From Pseudobdellovibrionaceae bacterium (GTDB taxonomy: Bacteria; Bdellovibrionota; Bdellovibrionia; Bdellovibrionales; Bdellovibrionaceae), in contig JAOASS010000016.1 in assembly GCA_030158485.1 (NCBI GenBank), forward strand, positions 97,961-161,960: a DNA stretch of 64,000 nt, written 5' to 3'. Both the position numbers and the translations under genes were made by a program. The notes beneath the pieces were generated by a model. The model searched no databases. It was not told the DNA's origin and worked only from the letters and a program-made list of their open reading frames with translations. Shown here piece after piece: positions 45,523 through 55,173 of this stretch. How positions within the stretch are numbered: the stretch's first letter is position 1; the number at the start of each line of letters is the position of its first letter.

Positions 45523-47871
45523 TTAGATTTTTTCAAGTCTAGCGTATTTAACAACAAATTTTTTGATTGTTTGATCAGAAAACATAACACCAACTTTGGT
45601 TTGATCCCCAGAGCCTTCAACGGAAAAAATTGTTCCCACGCCAAAAGTGGGGTGTTTGACTTTTTGGCCTTTATTGTACAACGAACTATTCCCACTTTCC
45701 TGGGAATGAGAATCGAATTCATAGTCTGGAAATTCCTGAGATTCGTCTTGTCGAAATGGAGCTTTCGAGTTCCATGACGGGGAATAGTTTTGTGAATTGG
45801 CATTAAAAACTCCGCTCCTTGAAGCGAAGGCCGGCATCCGTGGCGCCATGCTTTTAAAATCAACTAAGTTCTGTGGAATTTCATCAATAAAACGAGATGG
45901 GGGATTCATTTGATCTTGGCCCCAGACTTTACGCATTTTTGCATAGGTGAGCCAAAGTTTTTGACGAGCCCGAGTCATTCCAACATATGCCAGTCTTCGT
46001 TCTTCTTCCAGATCGTCAGAGTTTAAGTCGGTTGGATCGATTCGACTTGGAAAAAGATTTTCTTCTAAACCCACTATAAAAACATAAGGATATTCAAGAC
46101 CTTTTGAAATATGTAAAGTCATCAATGTGACGCTATCAATTTGTTCTTTCAAAGAATCTTGGTCAGAAACCAAAGCCATTTCTTCTAAAAAAGATTGTAA
46201 TGTCGCTTCTTCTCCGCGTTCTTGTTCGAATTGCGCTAATGCATTATCGAACTCTTCTAAGTTTTGAAGTCGTGCGGAACTTTCAGTCGTATCTTCTGCT
46301 TGCAGGGCTTTGGCATATCCTGTTTTATCTAGCAGAATCGGATAAAATTCTGTCAGTCTGAAATTCTGAGAGTCAGTTTGAAGGGCGATCATGAGATCAT
46401 AAAACCTTCGTAGTTTGGCTGTTGTGCCTGAATTAAAGTGTTTTTGATCGATTGCATCAGGCAAAATTTCAAATAAAGTTTTTTTATTTTTATAGGCAAG
46501 CTCTTCGAGCTGTTCGACAGTTGTTTTGCCTATTCCCCGAGTCGGAACGTTGATAACACGCTTGAAAGCCATATCATCGGCTGGATTCAGGCAAAGTTTC
46601 ATGTAGCAAATAATATCTTTAATTTCCATTCGCTCAAAGAAGCGAACCCCACCGACAATGCGGTAAGGAACATTATGCGTTCTCAGTTGTTCTTCTAAAA
46701 CCCTAGATTGTGCATTAGTTCTATAAAAAATTGCATAGTCCGAGTACTGACCTTCACCTTGGCTCATCATCATTTGAATTGTTTTAACAACAAAACGAGC
46801 TTCGTCATAATCGCTTCGTTCTTCAATGACTCGAATCAAGTCTCCATCGCTATTTGAAGTAAAAAGTGTTTTATTTTTTCTTTGAGTATTATTTTTAATT
46901 AAATGAGTAGCCGCTTCCACAATATTTTTACTAGACCTGTAATTTTCTTCCAGCTTAATAATTTTAGTTTCTGGGAAATCTTTTTCAAAGTCTAAAATAT
47001 TTCGGATATCGGCCCCGCGCCAACTATAAATAGATTGGTCTTCATCTCCAACAACGCAAAGATTTCGATGGCCTTGGGCCAATTTCTGAACAAGAAGATA
47101 CTGAATATGATTTGTATCTTGGTACTCATCGACCATTATAAATTTAAATTTTTGTTGGAGCTGTTCTAAAACAGCCGGGTACATTTGCAAAAGGTCATAT
47201 GTTTTCATCAGTAAATCATCGAAATCAAGGGCGTTATTTTTTTTCATTTCGATTTCGTAAGCAGTATAGACTTCTATACTTTTTGCATCCATCAAAACAG
47301 AATTTCGATTAGAATTCTGAACGGCTTCAGGGCTTTGCCCCATCATCTTCGCATTCGAAATTCGAGCTTGAAAAGCTTTTGCAGGATGAATCTTGTCGTT
47401 TATGTTCAAGATATTCATCACTTTTTTTATTTGTGAAAGCTGATCTGATGGATCGAAAATTGAAAACTGTGGTTTATAGTCTAGCAGTGTGATGTGAGCT
47501 CTTAAAATTCTGACACAAAAGCTGTGAAATGTGCTGATCCAGAGCTGATTTCGAACATGAGCGCCAATATCAGAAAGGATATGATAAATTCGACTTTCCA
47601 TTTCCTTTGCTGCTTTATTTGTAAATGTAACACATAGAATTTCTTCAGGAGCTGCATGCCCACCCGCAATAATAGCAGCCATTCGATGAGTCAGAACTCG
47701 TGTTTTCCCAGATCCGGCACCAGCCAAAATCAATACGGGGCCCAATGACTGAAGAACAGCTTCTTTTTGAGCAGGATTTAAATTTTTTGTAATGACTTCA
47801 AGCGTGTTCACAAGTTGTGCAAGAGTATGTATTTGTTGAGAATAATCCAGTGAAAAGCTATTATAACGCAT
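45523..47871 (-). CDS. UvrD/PcrA/Rep-type SF1 DNA helicase
   Basis: LNPAQKEAV, AGAGSGKT (Walker A), VDEYQDTN (motif II), ENYRSS, VTLMTLHISKGLEYPYVFIVG, and a C-terminal GQKVKHPTFGVGTI domain. Confidence 0.9.
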   Translation of the reverse strand: MRYNSFSLDYSQQIHTLAQLVNTLEVITKNLNPAQKEAVLQSLGPVLILAGAGSGKTRVLTHRMAAIIAGGHAAPEEILCVTFTNKAAKEMESRIYHILSDIGAHVRNQLWISTFHSFCVRILRAHITLLDYKPQFSIFDPSDQLSQIKKVMNILNINDKIHPAKAFQARISNAKMMGQSPEAVQNSNRNSVLMDAKSIEVYTAYEIEMKKNNALDFDDLLMKTYDLLQMYPAVLEQLQQKFKFIMVDEYQDTNHIQYLLVQKLAQGHRNLCVVGDEDQSIYSWRGADIRNILDFEKDFPETKIIKLEENYRSSKNIVEAATHLIKNNTQRKNKTLFTSNSDGDLIRVIEERSDYDEARFVVKTIQMMMSQGEGQYSDYAIFYRTNAQSRVLEEQLRTHNVPYRIVGGVRFFERMEIKDIICYMKLCLNPADDMAFKRVINVPTRGIGKTTVEQLEELAYKNKKTLFEILPDAIDQKHFNSGTTAKLRRFYDLMIALQTDSQNFRLTEFYPILLDKTGYAKALQAEDTTESSARLQNLEEFDNALAQFEQERGEEATLQSFLEEMALVSDQDSLKEQIDSVTLMTLHISKGLEYPYVFIVGLEENLFPSRIDPTDLNSDDLEEERRLAYVGMTRARQKLWLTYAKMRKVWGQDQMNPPSRFIDEIPQNLVDFKSMAPRMPAFASRSGVFNANSQNYSPSWNSKAPFRQDESQEFPDYEFDSHSQESGNSSLYNKGQKVKHPTFGVGTIFSVEGSGDQTKVGVMFSDQTIKKFVVKYARLEKI

Positions 47872-47888
47872 TGAATAACGGGGGTTTC

Positions 47889-49133
47889 TTGCAGAAGCGA
47901 TGGAGTTTCAAAAGGCTTTTTGGTTGGGTTAAGATAGGCAGCACAATCGCGATCAGTTGTTCTGTTTTACTATTGCAATTCGGCTGTCAGCGTCGTTCTG
48001 AAAAATGGACGCCAAGTAAAAGCTTTAAAACTCAAATTATTATTTCACGTTCTTTTGGAACAGAGTTTCAACTTGTTGAATTGGAAGGTATTAAAAATAA
48101 GAGCACTCTTTTCGGAGACATCGCTGATTTTTATTTCGCTCCGACAGAGAAAAATGGAACACTCATCGGAAGTAAACCCTTGGCTCGGTTTATTGAAGAT
48201 GACGGCGTCTTTATTCCTGCAGATCAAATCAGCTTACAAATGGTCACGTTGTACTATCACTTTCAACAGCTTAAGAAGTTAGAATTAGAGGCACTCAATT
48301 CAGAGCAGTCGATTTTAAAGTGGCCTCGAAAAATTGCTTTAGCGGTGCAAGTCGTAGATGCTCCCGATATGCGTTTTGACAATGCATTCTACAATGGAAA
48401 AGTAGATGCTTATTATTTTGTTCCTTACCGGGAAAAACAATTTCCGATTCCCTTAAATTTAGGGATTATTGCCCATGAACATTTTCATAGTTATTTTTAT
48501 AATCAGGTTTTAAATCCGCTTTTCAAGAAAAACAAATTAGTCAAAAAAGTCGATCATCAACAGCCGAATGAACAAAAAATAGTTGATGATCAATACAATC
48601 TTTATCTCTTGAAAATTGTAAATGAAGGTTTAGCTGATGTTTGGGGCTGGATCTATTCAAATGATCCTGACTTTGTGGCCGTATCTTTGCCCAAAGTGGG
48701 GTCAACGCGAAATCTTGAAAAGGGTTCTCACTTTCAAGAGCGTCGTCTGGTCGAAGCACTTGATCTCAAAAATGAAATTCGACTTATGAATCAGTGCAAG
48801 CAAATCCATCAGGAGTGTTCTGGTGATAATTCATATTTATATGGAACTATTTTGGCTCGAACTCTGAAGTCTTTTGCGTCAGCGCGCCAAAAAGCAGGAA
48901 ATTTTTCGGATCAGTCCATTCGATCTCTTATAGCAAGCAAGGTTTTTAAATTGATTGCAGATATTCAAATCGTATTCTCAGAAAATACAAATTTTGATTT
49001 AGATCAGGTTCTTTTGCTGTGGGAAAAACAATTTGATTCTTTAAGCAGCTCAGAGTGCCAAACGTTGCAGGCGGCAGTAAGTTCGTCAGGAGTTTTGAAG
49101 TGCTCTTCAAGTATAAACTCATCAGTATTTTAA
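47889..49133 (+). CDS. Lipoprotein with an HExxH...EGxAD gluzincin (peptidase MA-like) motif
   Basis: IIAHEHFHSY followed about 45 aa later by VNEGLADVWGW. A lipobox-like LLLQFGC follows a basic N-region if translation starts at the TTG at 47889. The start is uncertain; the ORF track gives 47817, which overlaps the helicase start. Confidence 0.55.
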   Translation: MQKRWSFKRLFGWVKIGSTIAISCSVLLLQFGCQRRSEKWTPSKSFKTQIIISRSFGTEFQLVELEGIKNKSTLFGDIADFYFAPTEKNGTLIGSKPLARFIEDDGVFIPADQISLQMVTLYYHFQQLKKLELEALNSEQSILKWPRKIALAVQVVDAPDMRFDNAFYNGKVDAYYFVPYREKQFPIPLNLGIIAHEHFHSYFYNQVLNPLFKKNKLVKKVDHQQPNEQKIVDDQYNLYLLKIVNEGLADVWGWIYSNDPDFVAVSLPKVGSTRNLEKGSHFQERRLVEALDLKNEIRLMNQCKQIHQECSGDNSYLYGTILARTLKSFASARQKAGNFSDQSIRSLIASKVFKLIADIQIVFSENTNFDLDQVLLLWEKQFDSLSSSECQTLQAAVSSSGVLKCSSSINSSVF

Positions 49134-49642
49134 TTTTATTTTTCTCTCTCATCAGTGAAGCTCAAGTTTATATTTGGCCTGCTATTTTGAAAGCGCGTGC
49201 AGAACGAAATGAAGAACAGTCAATAGAGCTTCGTTCTAATCAATGGCCTAGTTTTGGCCTGAGTTATGTTTTGGATCGATATATTTTTAATTTTGAGAAG
49301 TCTTCTTATAATACAAACTCGGACAACGGTAATGTTTCAATTGAAACTCAATATAGCGATTCAGTTCTTGGTTTTGGTTATAGTTTATTTCAATATGATG
49401 CTTCTGATTTTTATGCTGTTGTCAGTACCGGATTTTATCAGCAAAAAATCAAATCAACAGTTGGTAGTTTATCCACTACGAATCGATCGGAAGATAAAAG
49501 TTTAATTGGGATAGGGGCTGAATATTTATTGAGGACCCCCACGTTTATTTCTTTGACGGTGGGGGGAAGATTTAATTGGACTGAAGATCTTGAGCCTGAA
49601 ATTATGCCTGAACTTTACTTCAAAATAGGCCTGTATTTTTGA
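49100..49642 (+). CDS. Small beta-barrel outer-membrane protein
   Basis: The GTG at 49100 gives the signal peptide (M)LFKYKLISILILFFSLISEA. The C-terminus is ELYFKIGLYF. It overlaps the upstream gene by 34 nt. Confidence 0.5.
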   Translation: MLFKYKLISILILFFSLISEAQVYIWPAILKARAERNEEQSIELRSNQWPSFGLSYVLDRYIFNFEKSSYNTNSDNGNVSIETQYSDSVLGFGYSLFQYDASDFYAVVSTGFYQQKIKSTVGSLSTTNRSEDKSLIGIGAEYLLRTPTFISLTVGGRFNWTEDLEPEIMPELYFKIGLYF

Positions 49643-49652
49643 ATCTGTACGC

Positions 49653-50393
49653 TTATTTAATAATTTCTTTTATAAATCCTGATTGTCCACCATTGTCAGC
49701 TTTGTACTTATCATTTGCCCGTTTGGCTTCGTCTTGAGTTGTGTAGGTTCCGACGTTAACTCGGTACCATGTTTTACCTTCTAAGACTCCTGGAATATAA
49801 AAAGCAGTATAGCCTTTACTTCGAAGCGCTTCAGAACGTTTTTTTGCTTCATCTTCCTTAAGGTATGCACCAACTTGAACTGTGTATTTTGCTGCATTTT
49901 CTTGAGCTGTATTTTGAGGCATTGTTTTTGGTATGGCAGATTGAGCTTTTGGTAAGCTAGCTAGTTTTTTTGTTGAATCTGTATTGGCAATTGATCTGTC
50001 ACTCGTTGGTTCTTTTCGATCAATCAGATTTTGAGCCGCAGTCAGTGCTAGATCATTCATTTCTTCAAATTGTTCAGCGTGGGCTTGGGCCGCTTTATTT
50101 TCAATTGCGGGCACTTCTTGATTTGAAGCTGTTTTTGCAGTTTCAATTGAGTCATCGGTGACAAATTCTTCTGCTAATTTTGCGATTTCTTCATCACTCA
50201 GTTTATTTGATTTGCTATCGCTTGCGACTTCTCTAGACGAGTGTCCGTGTTGTTTATCGTGGGGTTCTAGCTTCGAGAGTTTGTATTGCCGGTCGCTATA
50301 TTCTTTTCCAACTAATGTTCCAATTGCGAAAGAGAGCAAAGAGATGAAAAAAACCAGGCCTAATTTAATGAATGTTTCCGATTTTGCTGCCAT
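49653..50393 (-). CDS. SPOR-domain (peptidoglycan-binding) membrane protein
   Basis: N-terminal TM segment plus a C-terminal YTVQVGAYLKEDEAKKRSEALRSKGYTAFY...WYRVNVGTYTTQDEAKRA typical of SPOR. Confidence 0.75.
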   Translation of the reverse strand: MAAKSETFIKLGLVFFISLLSFAIGTLVGKEYSDRQYKLSKLEPHDKQHGHSSREVASDSKSNKLSDEEIAKLAEEFVTDDSIETAKTASNQEVPAIENKAAQAHAEQFEEMNDLALTAAQNLIDRKEPTSDRSIANTDSTKKLASLPKAQSAIPKTMPQNTAQENAAKYTVQVGAYLKEDEAKKRSEALRSKGYTAFYIPGVLEGKTWYRVNVGTYTTQDEAKRANDKYKADNGGQSGFIKEIIK

Positions 50394-50434
50394 GCCATTC
50401 CTTTTTTCGTGCTTTTGAGCTAGAGTCTACCTCT

Positions 50435-51271
50435 ATGGTACCTGTTAGCTCAAAAAACGGTCAAATAATTTGGACTGAGGTCTTGAAAAAAGCACTTAAA
50501 GCTGTTCGCTTGGGGCGGCAATCTCTTTTGGCTCATTATGGCCGTCTGCAGAATGTTGAAATCAAAGAAATGGCAGGCTTGGTCAGTGAAGCCGACAAGG
50601 AGTCCGAAAAGATAATCAGTCAATATTTAAAGTTGATACATCCAAATTGGGAATTTTTGGGTGAAGAAGACAGCTTTATGAAAGGACAAGAATCGTTTCC
50701 ACCTTCGAAATCTAAGGGCCGTTGGATTTTAGATCCATTAGATGGCACAACAAACTACATCCATCAGTTTCCTATTTTTTGCATCAGTTTAGCCCTTGAA
50801 TACGAAGGACTCTTGCAGCTTGCGATTATCGATGCGCCTCTCTTGAATGAAACCTACACAGCTATCCGCGGACAAGGTGCTTACTTAAACGGTAAAAAAA
50901 TCCAGGTTAGTCAGACTGAAACACTTCAAGACTCTTTACTTGCAACAGGTTTTTTTGCAGATAATAAGCCGGCTCTTGATGAACAACTCAGAGTTTTTTC
51001 TGAACTTGTAAAAGAGTGCCGCGGGATTCGCAGGGCCGGGGCGGCTGCCTATGATTTATGTATGGTCGCTAAAGGTTCGTTCGATGGATTTTGGGAGCCC
51101 AATTTAAAACCTTGGGACGTCGCTGCGGGTCAGCTTCTTGTCGAAGAAGCTGGTGGAATTGTTCTGAATAAAATGGGTGAACAGCATTCCCCTTATGATC
51201 AGTACATCATGGCAAGTAACCAAGTCGTATCTCGACTTTTGATGAGTAAAATTAAATCCCAGGCCAATTGA
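50435..51271 (+). CDS. Inositol monophosphatase-family protein (SuhB-like)
   Basis: FLGEE, WILDPLDGTTNY and GAAAYDLCMVAKG. Start set at the ATG at 50435 to avoid an antisense overlap with the SPOR gene. Confidence 0.85.
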   Translation: MVPVSSKNGQIIWTEVLKKALKAVRLGRQSLLAHYGRLQNVEIKEMAGLVSEADKESEKIISQYLKLIHPNWEFLGEEDSFMKGQESFPPSKSKGRWILDPLDGTTNYIHQFPIFCISLALEYEGLLQLAIIDAPLLNETYTAIRGQGAYLNGKKIQVSQTETLQDSLLATGFFADNKPALDEQLRVFSELVKECRGIRRAGAAAYDLCMVAKGSFDGFWEPNLKPWDVAAGQLLVEEAGGIVLNKMGEQHSPYDQYIMASNQVVSRLLMSKIKSQAN

Positions 51272-51393
51272 CCAAGTCAAAACCCTGACGGGCGTCATTT
51301 TTTTTAATTATTATTTGGCGCTCAAAGTATAAAAGAGATGTCTCTAGATTCATTTGAATCTACTTCATACTATTATTCAGTCTAAAGTCCTGT

Positions 51394-51409
51394 TGGCATT
51401 TTGGTTGCT
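51394..51409 (+). promoter_or_regulatory. Sigma-54 (-24/-12) promoter for the fliL operon
   Basis: TGGCATTTTGGTTGCT fits TGGCAC-N5-TTGCW with exact spacing (GG at 51395-96, GC at 51407-08). It ends 53 nt upstream of the fliL GTG. Confidence 0.7.
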
Positions 51410-51461
51410 TATAACTTCTGTGTACGAGTGTTTTATCATGGCATGATCAAGGAGGATCTCC

Positions 51462-52016
51462 GTGGCCGATCAAAAAGCAGCAGCCGAAAGTCCAGCAGCG
51501 GCAGCACCATCTGGTGGAGGCAATCAGCAAAAGCCACTTCTGTTCATAATTCTTGCGGTTGTGAACATGGTCATCGTTGCCGCAGTTGGATTTATGCTTT
51601 ATGCGGGTAAGAAAAAAGAAGCCGCAGAGCCTTCAGTGGAACAAGTTATCGCGGGTGAAAAAGAAACTTCTGATCTTGAAAGCGGCGAAAAGAAAGATTT
51701 CGTTGGAAAAGTTGTACCTATGGAAACTTTCATTGTGAACTTAGCAGGTTCAAAAGGCCGACGTGTTGCTAAAGTTAACATGGAACTCGAATTAAAAGAA
51801 TCCGAAGCTGAAGGAAAAATTGCAGGTGAGATTGAACAAAGAAAAGCCCAGATTCGGGATATCATTATCATTATTCTTTCTTCTAAAACTTATGAAGAAG
51901 TCTCAAGTCGAGAAGGTAAAGACAATTTACGTAGTGAAATAAAAGATACAATTAATTCATTCATCACAACTGGCAAGATCTCAAACGTGTTTTTCACAGA
52001 GTTTATTTACAACTAG
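51462..52016 (+). CDS. fliL: Flagellar basal-body-associated protein FliL
   Basis: GTG start after AGGAGG, a single TM segment (LLFIILAVVNMVIVAAVGFML), the FliL motif ETFIVNLAG...AKVNMELEL, and its position ahead of fliM. Confidence 0.85.
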   Translation: MADQKAAAESPAAAAPSGGGNQQKPLLFIILAVVNMVIVAAVGFMLYAGKKKEAAEPSVEQVIAGEKETSDLESGEKKDFVGKVVPMETFIVNLAGSKGRRVAKVNMELELKESEAEGKIAGEIEQRKAQIRDIIIIILSSKTYEEVSSREGKDNLRSEIKDTINSFITTGKISNVFFTEFIYN

Positions 52017-52027
52017 GAGAAGCGCAT

Positions 52028-53035
52028 ATGAATCAAGTTTTATCACAAAGCGAAGTTGATGCTCTTCTCGCAGCAGTATCAGACGGTGAAGTTCAAACGG
52101 CTGAAGGCGGATCGGGTGGCGGTAGCAGTGGTGGATCTTCTAAGGTTGAAGATAAAAAAGTTGTTGCGTATGATTTAACAAGTCAAGACAGAATTATTCG
52201 TGGACGATTACCTCAGCTTGAAGTTATTTACGAAAAATTTATGCGCGCTTTTCGCGTGTCGCTATCATCATCTTTAAGAAAAATTGCTTCTATATCTTTA
52301 ACAAGTACTGAATTTCTAAAATTTGGTGAGTTCATTAACACATTGCCAATGCCGACTTGCATGTCAGTTTTGCGATTTGGTAATTTGCGTGGCTCTGCTT
52401 TGATGGTAATTGAGTCAAAATTAGCCTACGCGCTCGTGGATAGTTTTTTTGGTGGTGCGGAACGTCCGTTTACAAAAATTGATGGAAAAGAATTTACGCC
52501 CATTGAGCTTTCTATAGTCAGAAAAGTTGTTGAGCTCGCGATCAGTGATTTAGAAATGGCGTGGGCTTCTGTTGAAAAAATTGGATGCTCCTTTGTTCGA
52601 ACTGAACAAAATCCACAGTTCGTAGGTATCGTCCCGCCAACAGATGTCGTGATTGCTTCTACATTTGATGTTGAATTAGAAAATGCGACTGGAACTATAT
52701 CGATGGTTGTTCCTTACGCTACAATTGAGCCTATTAAGCAAAAACTTTCTTCAGGATTTCAAGTTGAGTCTGACCAAACTGATAAAAAACTATGGACAGC
52801 TATTATTAAAGAACAGCTGATGGAAACCTCGCTCGATATTAAAGTGAATTTAGGAGAAACCCAAATCAGGTTGTCTGATTTAATGGAGTTGAAATTGGGT
52901 GATGTGATTCCACTCACCCAAGATGCTACAGGTGAGCTCGATATCCAAGTTGAAGATGTCAAAAAATTTAAAGGCTATTATGGAAATCATCACGGGACAG
53001 TCGCAGTACAAATTACTCGACCAGTCGAAAAGTAG
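52028..53035 (+). CDS. fliM: Flagellar motor switch protein FliM
   Basis: N-terminal CheY-P-binding motif LSQSEVDALL, a FliM middle domain, and a C-terminal SpoA-like domain. Confidence 0.95.
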   Translation: MNQVLSQSEVDALLAAVSDGEVQTAEGGSGGGSSGGSSKVEDKKVVAYDLTSQDRIIRGRLPQLEVIYEKFMRAFRVSLSSSLRKIASISLTSTEFLKFGEFINTLPMPTCMSVLRFGNLRGSALMVIESKLAYALVDSFFGGAERPFTKIDGKEFTPIELSIVRKVVELAISDLEMAWASVEKIGCSFVRTEQNPQFVGIVPPTDVVIASTFDVELENATGTISMVVPYATIEPIKQKLSSGFQVESDQTDKKLWTAIIKEQLMETSLDIKVNLGETQIRLSDLMELKLGDVIPLTQDATGELDIQVEDVKKFKGYYGNHHGTVAVQITRPVEK

Positions 53036-53068
53036 TCGAGCTAACAACTCGAGAAGCAGGAGGATTAA

Positions 53069-53452
53069 ATGTCAGAAGATTCATTAGAGAATCTGGCAGA
53101 CAAGCTAGCAGCAGAGGCTGCCGCAATGGCAACTGAAAAAACAGTGGACAGTGGAGTCAGTTCGACTAGTCCGACAGGGTCTACTTCAAAAGATCGTAAC
53201 TTAGGTTTGATCTTAGATATTCCACTCAGAGTCACTGTGGAATTGGGCCGTACAAAAATGCCTGTAAGTGAGCTTCTGAATCTTACTCAAGGAAGTGTTG
53301 TGGAACTGAGTAAGCTAGCAGGCGAGCCTATGGAAGTGTTAGTTAACGACAAGCTAATTGCAAAAGGCGAAGCAGTTGTTGTTAATGAAAAATTTGGTGT
53401 GCGTTTGACAGATATTATTTCTCCCACAGAGCGCGTTGAATCTCTTAAGTAA
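53069..53452 (+). CDS. fliN: Flagellar motor switch protein FliN
   Basis: SpoA domain LDIPLRVTVELGRTKMPVSELLNLTQGSVVELSKLAGEPMEVLVNDKLIAKGEAVVVNEKFGVRLTDI. Confidence 0.95.
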   Translation: MSEDSLENLADKLAAEAAAMATEKTVDSGVSSTSPTGSTSKDRNLGLILDIPLRVTVELGRTKMPVSELLNLTQGSVVELSKLAGEPMEVLVNDKLIAKGEAVVVNEKFGVRLTDIISPTERVESLK

Positions 53453-53463
53453 ATGGGGTTTTC

Positions 53464-54144
53464 ATGAAGTTTGGAATTTTACTCAGTTTGTTTTTTGTTT
53501 TTCTATCTTCGGCATGGGGAATTTCAGCAGATACGGCTGTTGGTTTAGCAGCAGATAAAAATCAAGTGGCAGAAATTTCGAATGAAGTGTCTGATATGGT
53601 AGCTGCTGAAAATGCAAAATCAGATGACGAAATTCCTGTTCATTTTTCGAAAACAAAAAAATCTGAAGCTACGGAATCTTCGAACAGTCGATTTTTTCTT
53701 ACTTTTGGTCTGATGGCTCTTTTTTTGGGAGTTGGCTATTATTTTGCTAAAAAATATGGACGACCTAAAAATTCGACTCAAACTAAAATTAAAATTTTAA
53801 CTCAACACTATCTAGGGCCCAAAAAAAGCTTGGCGATTGTTCGTGTGGCCGGGGAATCAATCTTAATAGGAGTGACCGATCAAAATATAAATATGATCAA
53901 GTCCCTTTCCTTGCTTGATGATGAAGTTCCAGATTCAATTTCGAATGCTAGTTTTCAAGAAACTTTTAATGAAAAAAAAGAAATGACAGTTACGAAAGCA
54001 TCATCAAACTCAATCAGCCCTATGAATATCCGTCATTCCGAAAGCTCAGACGATAGAAATCGAGAAGGTGGCGAAGAGTTCTCAATTCGTCACATTAAAG
54101 ATGTTGTCACTTTAAAACTCAAAAGCATGAGGGGCGACATTTGA
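53464..54144 (+). CDS. fliO: Flagellar biosynthesis protein FliO (long form, 226 aa)
   Basis: TM segment followed by LGPKKSLAIVRVAGESILIGVTDQNINMI (the FliO core). It lies between fliN and fliP. Confidence 0.75.
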   Translation: MKFGILLSLFFVFLSSAWGISADTAVGLAADKNQVAEISNEVSDMVAAENAKSDDEIPVHFSKTKKSEATESSNSRFFLTFGLMALFLGVGYYFAKKYGRPKNSTQTKIKILTQHYLGPKKSLAIVRVAGESILIGVTDQNINMIKSLSLLDDEVPDSISNASFQETFNEKKEMTVTKASSNSISPMNIRHSESSDDRNREGGEEFSIRHIKDVVTLKLKSMRGDI

Positions 54145-54884
54145 AAAAAGCGGGTTGGACTTTTTTTATTATGACTCTTTTTTTTGGCGTGTTTTCCCAT
54201 GCGCAACTTACGATTCCAACAGTTAACTTAGGTTTTAAAACGACTGATAATCCGAATGAAATTGTCAGCGCTATTCGACTTATTTTAATCATGACAGTTT
54301 TGACTTTGGCGCCTGCGATTTTAATCATGATGACAGCTTTTACAAGAATTGTGATCGTTTTTTCATTTTTAAGACAGGCTGTTGGCGTTCCGCAACTGCC
54401 TCCAAATCAAATCCTCATAGGTCTAAGTCTTTTTTTAACTTTGTTTATTATGGGCCCTGCATTTAAAGAAATTAATCAAACAGGTGTTCAGCCTTTTATG
54501 TCAGGTAAAATTAATCAAGACGAGGCAATTACCGCTTCATTGGCACCATTAAGAAAATTTATGTTTTCCCAGACTCGTGAAACAGATCTTTCCCTTTTTG
54601 TGCAACTTGCAAAAATTGACAACCCTAAAACCCGAGGCGATGTTCCAACCATCGTGTTAGTGCCCTCTTTTATTTTATCAGAACTAAGAACTGCATTTCA
54701 GATTGGTTTTATTATTTTTTTACCATTTTTAGTGATCGATATTATTGCCTCAAGTGTTTTGATGGCGATGGGTATGATGATGTTACCTCCAGTTGTTATT
54801 TCACTTCCATTAAAAGTAATGTTGTTTGTTTTAGTTGATGGATGGGGATTACTTGTTGGATCGATGGTAAAAAGTTTTGGATGA
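54141..54884 (+). CDS. fliP: Flagellar export apparatus protein FliP
   Basis: Conserved AFQIGFIIFLPFLVIDIIASSVLMAMGMMMLPP. The TTG start overlaps the fliO stop (TTGA). An alternative start is the ATG at 54171. Confidence 0.95.
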   Translation: MKKAGWTFFIMTLFFGVFSHAQLTIPTVNLGFKTTDNPNEIVSAIRLILIMTVLTLAPAILIMMTAFTRIVIVFSFLRQAVGVPQLPPNQILIGLSLFLTLFIMGPAFKEINQTGVQPFMSGKINQDEAITASLAPLRKFMFSQTRETDLSLFVQLAKIDNPKTRGDVPTIVLVPSFILSELRTAFQIGFIIFLPFLVIDIIASSVLMAMGMMMLPPVVISLPLKVMLFVLVDGWGLLVGSMVKSFG

Positions 54885-54891
54885 GGGTTAA

Positions 54892-55164
54892 ATGACTGAA
54901 GAACTTGTATTAAAATTAAGTCAGGATGCGCTTAAGACAACAGCTATGTTGGCAGCACCACTTTTAGTGAGCACTCTTGTTGTGGGTCTTATTGTTTCTA
55001 TCTTTCAAGCTTTGACCCAGATTAATGAGGCAACTCTAACTTTTGTTCCCAAAATGGTTGTCATTGCATTAATTATTATTTTGGCTGGGCCTTGGATGCT
55101 GGATGTTCTATCGCAATACACGATCAATCTTTTTGAGGGTCTAGCGATCATGGTGCGTGAATAA
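54892..55164 (+). CDS. fliQ: Flagellar export apparatus protein FliQ
   Basis: A 90-aa two-TM protein with the motif IFQALTQINEATLTFVPK. Confidence 0.95.
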   Translation: MTEELVLKLSQDALKTTAMLAAPLLVSTLVVGLIVSIFQALTQINEATLTFVPKMVVIALIIILAGPWMLDVLSQYTINLFEGLAIMVRE

Positions 55165-55173
55165 GGTGAAAAG

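Noticed and set aside
45489-45863. 124-aa ORF overlapping the 3' end of the helicase gene and extending into the gap before the small OMP gene.
   Set aside because: It lies on the same strand but out of frame with the helicase C-terminal domain. It has no RBS and an odd composition. The helicase frame carries conserved motifs through to its stop.
51401-51610. 69-aa ORF overlapping the fliL start region.
   Set aside because: It is out of frame with fliL, which has an AGGAGG-GTG start and FliL motifs. The ORF covers the sigma-54 promoter and leader and has an Arg/Ser/Cys-rich nonsense-like composition.
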